Notes under the pieces: generated by a model | What the model saw: only the letters and a program-made list of their open reading frames with translations | Database searches by the model: none | What the model was told of the DNA's origin: nothing | Part shown: one piece after another, positions 19,576 through 20,000 of the stretch | How the letters are laid out: every line of letters begins with the position of its first letter | Numbering within the stretch: position 1 is the stretch's first letter | Assembly: GCA_008632985.1 (NCBI GenBank) | Contig: QPGO01000190.1 | Span: 121,495-141,494 of the forward strand | Direction: 5' to 3' | From: Psammoneis japonica | Taxonomy: Eukaryota | Length of the DNA stretch: 20,000 nucleotides | Position numbers and translations under genes: made by a program

Positions 19576-20000
19576 CTTTGGAAGGAACACAATGGATGAC
19601 GGATGACGGCAGACCAGGAAACCCACGCAACCACGGCCTGCTGATGGACGACACATCAATGGACATGAGTGGTGCCTCTTGGTCAGCTCTCGAGTGCAGT
19701 CCAATCTTTAGAACACACAGACACATTGTGCAGCTCTCTGTAAATTAGAAACCTGACAACAATTGGATGGCAGGCATGCTTTCACAGTTTTTTAGTTTCA
19801 AGTTGGAGAGGTCAGCGAACTGGCATTTGTTTGCAGGCGACTTGGCAAGGTTTCAAATGGTGCATGTGACTTGGACACTGCTCTATTTTCCAGGACTGGG
19901 TCATTGTGCACAACTCCATAAGAGGCCACTCTCGCCGTTTGAACTCTGCATGTGATGCACAACACACTGTTTTTGTGTGTTGCCAAAATGGAGGCAGGCA

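Noticed and set aside
19580..20000. Possible remnant of a piggyBac-like transposase N-terminal region
   Set aside because: The resemblance is vague (SALECSPIF...IVQLSVN...LSQFF) and too degraded to support.

Overview
Eukaryotic genomic DNA, most likely from a diatom or other stramenopile (inferred from the gene types and the YR-retroelement type). A gene island at ~4850-10200 holds an intact F-box-like ORF, a broken TPR/tubulin-tyrosine-ligase (TTL) gene, a broken sepiapterin-reductase-like SDR gene and a frameshifted SfsA-like nuclease. An older duplicate of the TTL 3' end plus SDR lies at 1-880. Repeat blocks flank the island: a degenerate block at ~885-4800 containing a 1-kb TIR element, a full-length tyrosine-recombinase retrotransposon of Ngaro/PAT architecture at 10247-18688 (A1-gag-RT/RH-YR-B1-A2-B2), and a ~180-bp tandem array near the right end. 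The main observation is that the repeat blocks are almost free of TpA dinucleotides while the host genes are not. Paired repeats differ mainly by TA/TG, TA/CA and reciprocal TG/CA changes. Tyr codons are nearly absent from the element's ORFs, and the recombinase catalytic Tyr position is Cys. This points to a post-insertion, two-strand, context-specific A->G hypermutation of TpA in repeats, the reverse of fungal RIP, and is a candidate undescribed genome-defence system. All counts are manual and approximate.
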